From positions 1,416-65,415 of the forward strand of contig DAOWEB010000162.1 in NCBI GenBank assembly GCA_030638735.1: 64,000 nucleotides of DNA. The letters run 5' to 3'. This document shows, piece by piece, positions 47,294 through 55,319 of this stretch. The notes under the pieces are model-generated. The model saw only the letters and a program-made list of their open reading frames with translations. It was not told the origin of the DNA and made no database searches. How positions within the stretch are numbered: the first letter of the stretch is position 1; every line of letters begins with the position of its first letter. The translations under genes were made by a program, and so were the position numbers. This stretch comes from Spirochaetaceae bacterium. GTDB taxonomy: Bacteria > Spirochaetota > Spirochaetia > B11-G9.

Positions 47294-47329
47294 GAAAAAA
47301 GTAGGCCCCATCCGTCCAATGGGACCTAC
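47294..47329 (-). terminator. Rho-independent terminator or attenuator inside the - strand block
   Basis: On the - strand, gtaggtccca / tggggcctac forms a 10-bp stem (one G.U) with a 9-nt loop, followed by TTTTTT. It starts 21 nt after the RusA-like stop and ends 17 nt before the radical-SAM ATG. Confidence 0.75.
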
Positions 47330-47350
47330 CTAACCATGAAAAATGAAACA

Positions 47351-47725
47351 CTAAGAAATATTTTTAATTATAAGTCCAGAACTATGTTCAGACCAGTACT
47401 TTTCAAAATGGAATTTCCATATCCCGGAATCTTCTTTTCTAAGAATATCTTGAATAGATTTAAGGATATTATCACCATCAGGTTTTTGCTTATGTGGTTT
47501 ACCTTTCATTATTTCCTTCTTATTTTTAGACCATGACTTAGGCATCTGGATATAACAAACTATATCTATAGCATCACCTAGTACAAAGCTTTGTTTATTA
47601 GCTTCAAGAGTTAAAAGGTCTTTAAATGCCCAATATCTATTAACTACCTTTCGGTTTTTCCACTTATCAGATTGATTCATTCTAGGTTTGGCTACTATAT
47701 CACCACTAAATTCAAACATTAGCAT
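47351..47725 (-). CDS. rusA: RusA-like Holliday junction resolvase
   Basis: KPDGDNILKSIQDIL matches the RusA D-x-D-N-x-x-K-x-x-x-D-x-L catalytic motif. PRMNQSDKW...RYWAFKD is an N-terminal pattern seen in phage RusA homologues. Confidence 0.65.
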   Translation of the reverse strand: MLMFEFSGDIVAKPRMNQSDKWKNRKVVNRYWAFKDLLTLEANKQSFVLGDAIDIVCYIQMPKSWSKNKKEIMKGKPHKQKPDGDNILKSIQDILRKEDSGIWKFHFEKYWSEHSSGLIIKNIS

Positions 47726-48291
47726 TATTTTTTAAATTGTTTAATTTCTTCAAGGAATTCGTTCCAGTTTACATGTGCTTCACCCCATTGTTCCTGATCA
47801 TCATCATTCCAGTTATTAGGAAATACTATATCATGAGGATAGTATCTACTCCACCAAGAACAAGTAAAAAGTGATTCTTTTTCATAGCTCTCAACGGCTG
47901 TCATAAGTTCGATTGCAAGTTGAGGGTTGTTTTTGCCAACAGATATTACATAAGTTCTGGCAGCATTTCTTGCATGAGGATCTTTATCTATACGAAGAAC
48001 AAAATACCAGGCTGCAGGATCAACAGGTTCATCATTTGCTTTTTTGATGATATATTTGTTTGCTTGAAGACCACCACGTTTGTAACCGGCTTCAATATCA
48101 GGAATTTCTCCTCTGGTAAGTACATTACATAATACTAGTCCTTCAGAATCATATATTATTTCACCATCATCAACCGTGGTTGGTTGTATAAAGAAAGGGA
48201 AATGTAGATATATGTTTCCATCCTTTTCAATTTTTTGACCTGAATTAAGAAGGAATATTTGACCTGAATCCAAATTTATTTTATTCATCAT
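47725..48291 (-). CDS. hypothetical protein
   Basis: 188-aa ATG ORF. Confidence 0.65.
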   Translation of the reverse strand: MMNKINLDSGQIFLLNSGQKIEKDGNIYLHFPFFIQPTTVDDGEIIYDSEGLVLCNVLTRGEIPDIEAGYKRGGLQANKYIIKKANDEPVDPAAWYFVLRIDKDPHARNAARTYVISVGKNNPQLAIELMTAVESYEKESLFTCSWWSRYYPHDIVFPNNWNDDDQEQWGEAHVNWNEFLEEIKQFKK

Positions 48292-48652
48292 TTCTTATAT
48301 TTAGTGATACATGTACTGATTCAGTACGATCTTTACATTCTTTACGCATTGGAACATTATCAAATTCAGGTAAATCAAACCAGTTCTTTTTACGTTCTAC
48401 AATAGGGGGATATATAGCCATATTATGTAAGTGACAAAAAGATATCCATACACGATCATACAATTCTTTTCCTTCATCACCAATATCATATATTTCTATA
48501 TTTTTAGCTTGGTTATAAGAACAACCTCTACATGCTCTTTTATTATCTGGATGTTCATCACAAATTAGTTCATGTTTTTCACAAGCTGATTTGCTTCGGT
48601 AAAATTTCTTACAATATTCACAATAGTAAGCTTTAATTGTTTTTTCTATCAT
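48281..48652 (-). CDS. zinc-finger protein
   Basis: CEYCKKFYRSKSACEKHELIC (C2H(C)-type finger) plus further Cys/His residues. ATGA overlap with the upstream gene. Confidence 0.55.
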   Translation of the reverse strand: MIEKTIKAYYCEYCKKFYRSKSACEKHELICDEHPDNKRACRGCSYNQAKNIEIYDIGDEGKELYDRVWISFCHLHNMAIYPPIVERKKNWFDLPEFDNVPMRKECKDRTESVHVSLNIRNDE

Positions 48653-49170
48653 AATAAGATTATTTCAAATTCATTATTTCTATTGATATAAGCAAAAACA
48701 TCAGATTTATTTATCTCTTTTCTGATTATCATAGATTTATTAAACATTTCCTTATACTTTTCTGCATAAGTTTCATCTAATGTCCAAGAGAGTCCTTTAT
48801 CATTCATATTATTAGTAGCTCTGTATATAGTTAATGTTTCTGGTAATGAAGCTAATAATTCAGATTCTTCAGGTGTGCTAAAATAATATTTGTGTTTCCT
48901 CTTATTAGTCATTAATAATCTGAATGTATCAGCTTTTTCTATAGAACCACAAACAATCCATACAGTGCGTAATATTTCCCAGTATCGATAATCAGATAAT
49001 AAATGTCTTTTATCAACAAAGTATTGAAATACTTTATTAGTATCTCCTTCATGATCCCAATAATGAACAATATGTTTAGCAATTTTACCATCCCTTAGAT
49101 GTTGTTTTTCTTTGAGTTTAGGGTAACGCCTTGTCATTGGAATTAATTCATTATTTGCTTTTGTTTTCAT
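48649..49170 (-). CDS. hypothetical protein
   Basis: The ORF track starts at TTG 49179. ATG at 49170 forms an ATGA overlap with the upstream stop. Confidence 0.6.
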   Translation of the reverse strand: MKTKANNELIPMTRRYPKLKEKQHLRDGKIAKHIVHYWDHEGDTNKVFQYFVDKRHLLSDYRYWEILRTVWIVCGSIEKADTFRLLMTNKRKHKYYFSTPEESELLASLPETLTIYRATNNMNDKGLSWTLDETYAEKYKEMFNKSMIIRKEINKSDVFAYINRNNEFEIILL

Positions 49171-49448
49171 TCGTCCCAATATTTATGATTTTTACCATCA
49201 ATAGCCAATTCTACCAGTTCAGCTTCACCCTTTTTTCTTAATTCTACCATTTTAGAACAAGAGAAGCGGGGTTTTACCCTTAAGACTTTCACATTAGGAG
49301 TATTGTAGTTTATCATCTCAGCCCATAATATGCAATTGAGTTCACTACATGTATAGGTTTTTATTAATAATTTCATTGGTTTATCACCAAATGGAATAAG
49401 ATTAGGACATGTCATTCCATTATTTATAGCTCTACAATCATATTTCAT
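49167..49448 (-). CDS. hypothetical Cys-rich protein
   Basis: The ORF track starts at TTG 49466. The in-frame ATG at 49448 lies after the upstream stop (49460). Confidence 0.55.
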   Translation of the reverse strand: MKYDCRAINNGMTCPNLIPFGDKPMKLLIKTYTCSELNCILWAEMINYNTPNVKVLRVKPRFSCSKMVELRKKGEAELVELAIDGKNHKYWDE

Positions 49449-49459
49449 ATTATTAGTTT

Positions 49460-50005
49460 TTAACAAGATACGTAATAAAAGAATGCATATATACCAAGTT
49501 TCTGATTAGAAGCTTTTTTAGGAACAATAGTAGCACATTTATTTTCTCCTTGCATAAGTTTTTTAGAAATGTACACTATAGTTGTCATTTGATTTTTTTC
49601 AGTATATGATCTGGCAGATTTAATAGCATTGGCAAGATTATTATTATATCCTATACGTTCACCAGTGCTTCTAACTTCCACTTCATAGATAGTAACCCAT
49701 TTCCGGGCCCCTTTTTGTGGTATCCTGGTAACTATACTTTTAATTTTATTTGTATTTAAAACTGGTTTTCTAATACAATATCCCCATGCTATACCTTTTT
49801 CTCCAACATGAATTTTATTTCCAACATGTTTTTCCCATTCTTTAAAGGTCATTAATCTGGTAAAATCTGTTTTAAGACTAGCATTGTTTATTTCACCATT
49901 ATATGGATCATAACCATATTCAGATGTTGCTTTTTCTTGAGCAATTTTAAAGGCTTGTTGCATTGATATGCCTTGTTCTGTTGTATATCCTGTGGTTCCT
50001 CCCAT
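49460..50005 (-). CDS. hypothetical protein
   Basis: 181-aa ATG ORF. Confidence 0.65.
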   Translation of the reverse strand: MGGTTGYTTEQGISMQQAFKIAQEKATSEYGYDPYNGEINNASLKTDFTRLMTFKEWEKHVGNKIHVGEKGIAWGYCIRKPVLNTNKIKSIVTRIPQKGARKWVTIYEVEVRSTGERIGYNNNLANAIKSARSYTEKNQMTTIVYISKKLMQGENKCATIVPKKASNQKLGIYAFFYYVSC

Positions 50006-50008
50006 AAT

Positions 50009-50410
50009 TTAAGCTTTAAGATTACATTCAGGAAATCCCATTTTGTGAGCAGCTTCTACTGAAAAGAAACTTGCACCTTTCTTAACTACTGCTTCTGCAG
50101 ATTTAGAATCAAAAGATTTTCTTACAAATTCTTCTGAAACTACCCATTGATTACCAGATCGATACGGATTTACATGATCATTAGATTTAGAATCAATTAC
50201 TCCAATTAATAGAATACCTTGTTTCATTAGTTCCTGACATTCAGAACACGGCTTATCCATCATTCCGATTACCTTACCATTCAGTTCCTCAACTTTTTTC
50301 GCCCTATCGGTAGTAAGGATTGAGTTCATTATTATTGGTCCGTCTTCTGTTTTTGCACAGAGAGGACATGCTTCTTTTACTAAGGCTATGTCTAATACAT
50401 TTTCTTTCAT
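50009..50410 (-). CDS. zinc-ribbon-type (CxxC...CxxC) protein of unknown function
   Basis: CPLC and PCSEC pairs about 45 aa apart. No H(C)AE motif, so this is not a deaminase. Confidence 0.55.
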   Translation of the reverse strand: MKENVLDIALVKEACPLCAKTEDGPIIMNSILTTDRAKKVEELNGKVIGMMDKPCSECQELMKQGILLIGVIDSKSNDHVNPYRSGNQWVVSEEFVRKSFDSKSAEAVVKKGASFFSVEAAHKMGFPECNLKA

Positions 50411-50431
50411 AGGATTATTATTTTATATATT

Positions 50432-50734
50432 TCAATTATTTTCGTTATACCATTTAATAAATTCAATTATTAATTCATATGTATCTGTAATATTACAAGT
50501 GATGTATAAATCTCCAGTATGATACATTGCGTATGAGTTTTTTTCAAAAAATATTTTAACATTATTATTAGCATCAATATATTCTTGTATTCTCATAATA
50601 CAAGGTATAAGCCAATCCCATGAAGTATGAAAAAGAATATAATTATCTGGTGGTTGGTTTGGATATCCCATGTTTACCCAAAATTCATGAGGCATAAATT
50701 TGGCTATCAATTTGTTTGATTCGATTGTTTTCAT
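50432..50734 (-). CDS. small protein, paralogue of 52652-52990
   Basis: Shares NKLIAxFM, HxSWDWLxP and EFIxWYNEN with the 112-aa ORF. Confidence 0.65.
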   Translation of the reverse strand: MKTIESNKLIAKFMPHEFWVNMGYPNQPPDNYILFHTSWDWLIPCIMRIQEYIDANNNVKIFFEKNSYAMYHTGDLYITCNITDTYELIIEFIKWYNENN

Positions 50735-50988
50735 TCATATATTTTTTTAAATTTCATTTCATCAAGTTCTTTCGGAGTATACAATTTATTTGATTCCATA
50801 CCTTGTTCTTCAAATTGCTCTTCATTTAAAGGAGTACCTAATACTTCCCCACCAGGATTAATATTTAGAGAATGTGCTTTTGAAATAGCTTCATTAAGAT
50901 TAGATGCATCTTCTATAATTGTACATCCAAGATTTTTATTTATATCTGGATCAACGAATGATAACCAGAAATAGTTTTTTATTTCCAT
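50731..50988 (-). CDS. hypothetical small protein
   Basis: The ORF track starts at TTG 51036. ATG at 50988 follows the upstream stop at 50999. Confidence 0.55.
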   Translation of the reverse strand: MEIKNYFWLSFVDPDINKNLGCTIIEDASNLNEAISKAHSLNINPGGEVLGTPLNEEQFEEQGMESNKLYTPKELDEMKFKKIYE

Positions 50989-50998
50989 TAGAATAATT

Positions 50999-51196
50999 TT
51001 AAAATTTTGTAATTCTACCTTCTGAATCAGGACCAAATTCTAATTTAATTTCTGGTCTTGTAAAAGTCACAATTGTTAATGATTTACATTCTATACATTC
51101 AATATAAAGATTGTCTTTATTTCCATTTTTAGAATAGATATAATGTTTAGCACATTCACAATTACCACATCTTAATTTTGTTAATCCTTCTATCAT
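50999..51196 (-). CDS. zinc-ribbon protein
   Basis: CGNC...CIECKS pairs in 65 aa. Confidence 0.5.
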   Translation of the reverse strand: MIEGLTKLRCGNCECAKHYIYSKNGNKDNLYIECIECKSLTIVTFTRPEIKLEFGPDSEGRITKF

Positions 51197-51537
51197 AATA
51201 TTGGTTTTAAGGTTCCATCTTTATGTCCTGCATCAATCATTTGATTCCATTCATCATGTCTGAAATCATAAGTATTTTTATCTTCATCAAATTGATTTTC
51301 TTTTTCATTATCATTATCCCATAAATTAAAGGCTAGGTTACAATTAGCACTTACTCCCTGTAAGCAACCACCTTCTATATAAGCATATGCTTCCGGGTAC
51401 CAGTGTTTAAACCGTTGGACAAAATCCTCCAGTTTCGTTAAATAATCCTTGTTCGTTAAATTTGGTTGAATTTCTTGGCATTTCTTTAATAAAACTACCA
51501 TCTGGTCCATGTGTGTTTTTGCATCGTCTAGAATCAT
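51193..51537 (-). CDS. hypothetical protein
   Basis: 114-aa ATG ORF. Confidence 0.6.
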   Translation of the reverse strand: MILDDAKTHMDQMVVLLKKCQEIQPNLTNKDYLTKLEDFVQRFKHWYPEAYAYIEGGCLQGVSANCNLAFNLWDNDNEKENQFDEDKNTYDFRHDEWNQMIDAGHKDGTLKPIL

Positions 51538-51547
51538 AATTTTCTTT

Positions 51548-52216
51548 TTATTTAAAATGGTATTGAATCGTTTGTCTTATTTTTTCTCTAAAGAATTTAT
51601 TACGTTTAACTTTATTAGGAGCTATACGTTGCACACACTCATATATATCCTGTAATTTAGGATCATTGAGCATCTGGAGAGCTTCACCTACAATTATCTT
51701 CCATGTTTTAGATATATCATTAATAATAAACATAAATAGTTCCGGTTCAAGATTAACATATTGTCCCTGCAAAGGATATTCTGCCAAGATTTCATTATTT
51801 GATTTTCCATAAGCTATAAGAATGGAAGGAGCACCAGCATTTCCGGATTCATTACCATTTATATCAAGGAATTTAATTCTCCTTTTAAAGAAAAACATTC
51901 CCCTGGCTACATTCCATACAAAAGAATGAAACCATTGTGTCTCTGTTCTGGCAAATACTAAAGCCAAACCATTGTTGCTTAGAGCCATTTTATTCATCCA
52001 GGCATCTATATCCTTACCATAAGGTGGATTAAGCCATATACGGCCATCCCATGGCATTAATAAGCCATTATTATTAATGTTATACATAATCCTGGCTGTA
52101 GTCCATGGCATATTAACAGGAACACAGGGATCTGTATCAAATTCTCCCAAATCTTTTGTAATATATCTTGGTGTTAACCATTCATCAGATAACATTGTGG
52201 TATTTTCATGTTTCAT
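51548..52216 (-). CDS. dam: phage-type DNA N6-adenine methyltransferase (Dam family)
   Basis: LSDEWLTPRYI...FDTDPC at the N-terminus and IWLNPPYGKDI (NPPY catalytic motif). Confidence 0.8.
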   Translation of the reverse strand: MKHENTTMLSDEWLTPRYITKDLGEFDTDPCVPVNMPWTTARIMYNINNNGLLMPWDGRIWLNPPYGKDIDAWMNKMALSNNGLALVFARTETQWFHSFVWNVARGMFFFKRRIKFLDINGNESGNAGAPSILIAYGKSNNEILAEYPLQGQYVNLEPELFMFIINDISKTWKIIVGEALQMLNDPKLQDIYECVQRIAPNKVKRNKFFREKIRQTIQYHFK

Positions 52217-52478
52217 TATATTCTTTTATGTTAAGTTTTTGTAATATCCATTTCATTCTATCATTTAATGCAACCGATGAACCAAATATTTTCTTTCTAT
52301 CTTCATAATATTTTTTCATATGTATTAATAATTTAGTTGCATGTCCTTTTCCTTCTTTTTTACTTTGTATATGATAAACTGTTGCCCAATTATTACCTAC
52401 TCCAATAGTTGCTATACAACTTTCATGAGTCCATTCATCAACTAACATTCCCATACTATCTACTTGTTTCATTTTCAT
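52206..52478 (-). CDS. small GNAT-like acetyltransferase candidate
   Basis: SKKEGKGHATKLLIHMKKYYE resembles GNAT motif A (Q/RxxGxG/A). The ORF-track start is TTG, and the true start is ambiguous between ATG codons at 52478, 52472 and 52454. Confidence 0.35.
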   Translation of the reverse strand: MKMKQVDSMGMLVDEWTHESCIATIGVGNNWATVYHIQSKKEGKGHATKLLIHMKKYYEDRKKIFGSSVALNDRMKWILQKLNIKEYNET

Positions 52479-52662
52479 TTTCAATACATTTTTTATGTGT
52501 CATATCAACTCTTTCAATAGAGTATTGAGTATCAGGAGTAAATTCATGAATAACTTTATCATCCATAATATCACCATAACTGATATATCTACCGCATATA
52601 GTACATTTGAAACAGTCAGATCTACCAAGTCGTCTTTTTAAGAGAGGAAGATCAGTTTTCAT
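52456..52662 (-). CDS. small zinc-binding protein
   Basis: CFKCTICGRY plus a distal HKKC, in 68 aa. Confidence 0.5.
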   Translation of the reverse strand: MKTDLPLLKRRLGRSDCFKCTICGRYISYGDIMDDKVIHEFTPDTQYSIERVDMTHKKCIENENETSR

Positions 52663-52990
52663 TGTACCAGGTTATAAATTCACATACAGCATTTAAAGTT
52701 GTTTCAATACGAGTATCTCCAATAGATTCAATTGTAAAACTTTCTGATTTAGTATTAGGGAATATCCAACTAGGATTACATATTTCAATGAAACATCTGT
52801 TATAACTAATAGTAACAAAATCATCATCAGCAAGTAATTGATCTATCTTTTCTACTACAGGCATTAACCAATCCCATGAAGAATGATATAAACCACAAGT
52901 ATTTTTATAATGAAGAAGTTTATAAGATTGCATTTGTCCTTCTGTTTTTAATCCCATAAATTCAGCTATAAGCTTATTTTTATCATTCAT
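52652..52990 (-). CDS. small protein, paralogue of 50432-50734
   Basis: NKLIAEFM, YHSSWDWLMPVVEKI and CEFITWYNEN are shared with the 100-aa ORF. Confidence 0.65.
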   Translation of the reverse strand: MNDKNKLIAEFMGLKTEGQMQSYKLLHYKNTCGLYHSSWDWLMPVVEKIDQLLADDDFVTISYNRCFIEICNPSWIFPNTKSESFTIESIGDTRIETTLNAVCEFITWYNEN

Positions 52991-52994
52991 GATA

Positions 52995-53150
52995 TTATAT
53001 TTTTATTTCAGTAATAAGAATAGAGTCTTCAAGAATTTCTTCTTTAACATCTTCTGGAAAATTTAACATTTCTGCAGCTATTTCATAGAGTCGTATTGCT
53101 ACTTGATTAATAGTTCCAGATCCTGTAATTTTAATCTCAATCTGTTTCAT
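52995..53150 (-). CDS. short ORF (51 aa) not in the supplied track
   Basis: Hand translation gives MKQIEIKITGSGTINQVAIRLYEIAAEMLNFPEDVKEEILEDSILITEIKI. It fills an otherwise empty gap, and its stop lies 4 nt upstream of the next ATG. Confidence 0.45.
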   Translation of the reverse strand: MKQIEIKITGSGTINQVAIRLYEIAAEMLNFPEDVKEEILEDSILITEIKI

Positions 53151-53153
53151 AAT

Positions 53154-53324
53154 TCATTTTATAAATGTGTTATATAATTTACGATATGCTTTCATAAGTT
53201 TATCATATGACTCTTGATATACCATTTCATCATCTTGAATATCACTGTCTATATCAAATAAACCTTCGATAGTTCCACCTTTAGCATGAAAGTTATTTGG
53301 ATGTTTGAATTTTATCTTATTCAT
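53154..53324 (-). CDS. short ORF (56 aa) not in the supplied track
   Basis: Hand translation gives MNKIKFKHPNNFHAKGGTIEGLFDIDSDIQDDEMVYQESYDKLMKAYRKLYNTFIK. ATGA overlap with the upstream stop (53321-53324). Confidence 0.45.
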   Translation of the reverse strand: MNKIKFKHPNNFHAKGGTIEGLFDIDSDIQDDEMVYQESYDKLMKAYRKLYNTFIK

Positions 53325-53791
53325 GATTTATCCATTCTTAATTGTTCTTTTTTAATTATTTCAGGTATATGTTTTATCCTTTCTATATAACTATCCCACC
53401 ACTCAATATCTTTACATGACATTGAATGATATTCACCTACATGACATGAATTATGAGATAGAAACCAGAAAGTAATATCTAGAAGAGATTCATCATCACG
53501 GCCCATACCATGATGAAGACTAGGTTCATTATATATCTGCTTACCACAAAAAATACAAAAGAGTCTTCCTTTTTTATCACGCTGTCCTTCAATAAATAAT
53601 TTACGTTTAGGTGTATATTGCTTATTTTGTTTAGCACATTTAGGAGTATTCTTAGGTATTTTGTAGGATTTTTTTGGAGTTTTGGGATCAGATTTTTTAG
53701 CAAGATATTTAGAACGATAATGAAAGGAACAATAGCCCCGGGCAAACAAGGGCCATGTACATCCTTCCACAGTACATATCTTTTTACTCAT
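53321..53791 (-). CDS. HNH-type endonuclease (NinG-like layout)
   Basis: CTVEGC...GYCSFHY zinc module and CIFCGK...LHHGMGR...SHNSCHVGEYH. The track start is TTG 53845; ATG 53791 overlaps the upstream stop. Confidence 0.55.
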   Translation of the reverse strand: MSKKICTVEGCTWPLFARGYCSFHYRSKYLAKKSDPKTPKKSYKIPKNTPKCAKQNKQYTPKRKLFIEGQRDKKGRLFCIFCGKQIYNEPSLHHGMGRDDESLLDITFWFLSHNSCHVGEYHSMSCKDIEWWDSYIERIKHIPEIIKKEQLRMDKS

Positions 53792-54167
53792 GGAATATAT
53801 CAGGATCAATGGGTTCACCAAATTCTTCAACTTCCTTTTGAGCAAACATTTCTGTAATAGGATCTGTTGATTTCATTACAATCATATTGTCATTAATATA
53901 GATATAGTTATCCTGGACATCATCTTTGGAAGAGAATCCTTTGTTAAGCCATAACATATTAGCTGTAACACGATCATATTTTTCTGTTATAATATCCATA
54001 ATCATTATAGCAGTATTTCGTGATACTATAGGATGTTTTATCTTTTCAATATTATCCCAATCAATATTAATAGCAAGTTTGTATAATTCTACAAGAGCAT
54101 CAGGAAGGTTTTCCGAATCGTTTACAATATTTGCAACGATAAATTTATCAATCTTAATTTTTCTCAT
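53784..54167 (-). CDS. hypothetical protein
   Basis: 127-aa ATG ORF. Confidence 0.6.
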   Translation of the reverse strand: MRKIKIDKFIVANIVNDSENLPDALVELYKLAINIDWDNIEKIKHPIVSRNTAIMIMDIITEKYDRVTANMLWLNKGFSSKDDVQDNYIYINDNMIVMKSTDPITEMFAQKEVEEFGEPIDPDIFHE

Positions 54168-54182
54168 ATTACAAAATGTTTT

Positions 54183-54425
54183 TTAATAATTATGTACACA
54201 TGAATTAACTGCTGTTTCAATTCCTTCAATATATTCTGGAGTATTGATGTTAACACCTGCACAAGCATGAGCAAGAATCATTGATTCAATACCATTCATT
54301 GCAGCGTCATACTCTTTATCTTCATCATCATTATATTTTGTTATTAAACCGGTTGAAGTTATTGTACCTCTACCATTATTAACTATCACTATGATTCCGA
54401 AACATGGTAATTCAATTTTATTCAT
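54183..54425 (-). CDS. hypothetical small protein
   Basis: 80-aa ATG ORF. Confidence 0.55.
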   Translation of the reverse strand: MNKIELPCFGIIVIVNNGRGTITSTGLITKYNDDEDKEYDAAMNGIESMILAHACAGVNINTPEYIEGIETAVNSCVHNY

Positions 54426-54427
54426 AA

Positions 54428-55306
54428 TTAATTTAGGTTATAACGACTCATTAGATATTCACTCATTGCACTATTGTTAGAGAGTAACAGAGGAAAATCA
54501 GTAAGACCGGGTTTGTATAATTGTGTAGCAAAATTGTATATATCCCATGCAGAAAAATTCTTATCAAATTCCTTTTGTTTTTCAAGCATATAGCTTTTGG
54601 TAAAAGTTCCAATCTGACTTTGATTTAAAGGATTGATTATTTCTTTTGGAAATTCTTTTGAATTTTCTCTCCGGATCCTTTTAGCTGTCATATCACCAAC
54701 AAGTTCCATTACTTCATGATGTGGAATAATAGTTGTTTGTAGTGATAGAATAGTTTCAAGTTCCTTTTCACGAATCTCTTTAAAATTACCCAACCATTCA
54801 CCAAGGACCTCAATCATTCTTTCTGGAGTAGGCATTTTATTATCATGTGAATATGTACTCATGAATTTATCAACTCCCATGATACATTGATTCTTACAAA
54901 TCTTCACATTTGGTCCAAATGCTAACTGGAATCCCATTTGATTATAACTTAAAGCTACAGCAGTATTGGTAAAATCATTTTCTAAATTGGAAATGATAAT
55001 ACGAGCGAATATTCTACGCATCAGAAAACTTTGAAGAGATCCTTCACCAAATTCTTCTCTTTGTTTTTCAATGACAGTTACACCGGGTCTGGTTTTATCT
55101 CTATTTTGTGCAGAATAAATTGGATCAAGAGTAGATTTCAGTTTGGCTTTATCAACTGCTTCCATTGCACGTTCTATAAAATCAAAATGATACATTCCCA
55201 TTACAGGCTTACCATCATAACCTTCTTCTTTAACAGTTGTTTTTAGTTCTTCCAGGTTCAATTCCTGAATCTGGTTATCTTTGTAATTAAGTGTTCTCGT
55301 TTTCAT
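54428..55306 (-). CDS. DUF932/DUF3871-like phage/plasmid protein
   Basis: TNTAVALSYNQMGFQLAFGPNVKICKNQCIMG resembles the recalled DUF932 core (NSxDgs.a...G..v.vC.Ng.v.g). Confidence 0.4.
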   Translation of the reverse strand: MKTRTLNYKDNQIQELNLEELKTTVKEEGYDGKPVMGMYHFDFIERAMEAVDKAKLKSTLDPIYSAQNRDKTRPGVTVIEKQREEFGEGSLQSFLMRRIFARIIISNLENDFTNTAVALSYNQMGFQLAFGPNVKICKNQCIMGVDKFMSTYSHDNKMPTPERMIEVLGEWLGNFKEIREKELETILSLQTTIIPHHEVMELVGDMTAKRIRRENSKEFPKEIINPLNQSQIGTFTKSYMLEKQKEFDKNFSAWDIYNFATQLYKPGLTDFPLLLSNNSAMSEYLMSRYNLN

Positions 55307-55319
55307 TATTTATTATAAT

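Noticed and set aside
47225-47536. + strand ORFs inside the - strand block (47225-47536, 47920-48132, 53618-53857, 53926-54186, 55031-55246, 55291-55494, 55620-55895, 58371-58706, 59162-59350, 59915-60139, 62366-62554, 62918-63379)
   Set aside because: Each lies antisense to a better-supported - strand gene and has Phe/Ile/Leu-rich shadow-ORF composition. Entry 47225-47536 also spans the terminator hairpin.
48649-49170. Possible ADP-ribosyltransferase R-S-E triad (IYRAT ... LSWT ... NEFEI) in the C-terminal 60 aa
   Set aside because: The spacing is far too compressed for an ART fold (about 12 aa from Arg to S-x-T) and the putative domain is only about 65 aa. It is most likely a chance pattern. 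It would only be worth revisiting if structure prediction shows an ART-like split beta-sheet.
50009-50410. Initial impression of a dCMP/cytidine deaminase, from the PCSEC motif and size
   Set aside because: The obligatory H(C)AE zinc-ligand/catalytic Glu motif is missing. The first zinc-ligand pair is CPLC, so this is a generic CxxC...CxxC protein and not a recognisable deaminase.
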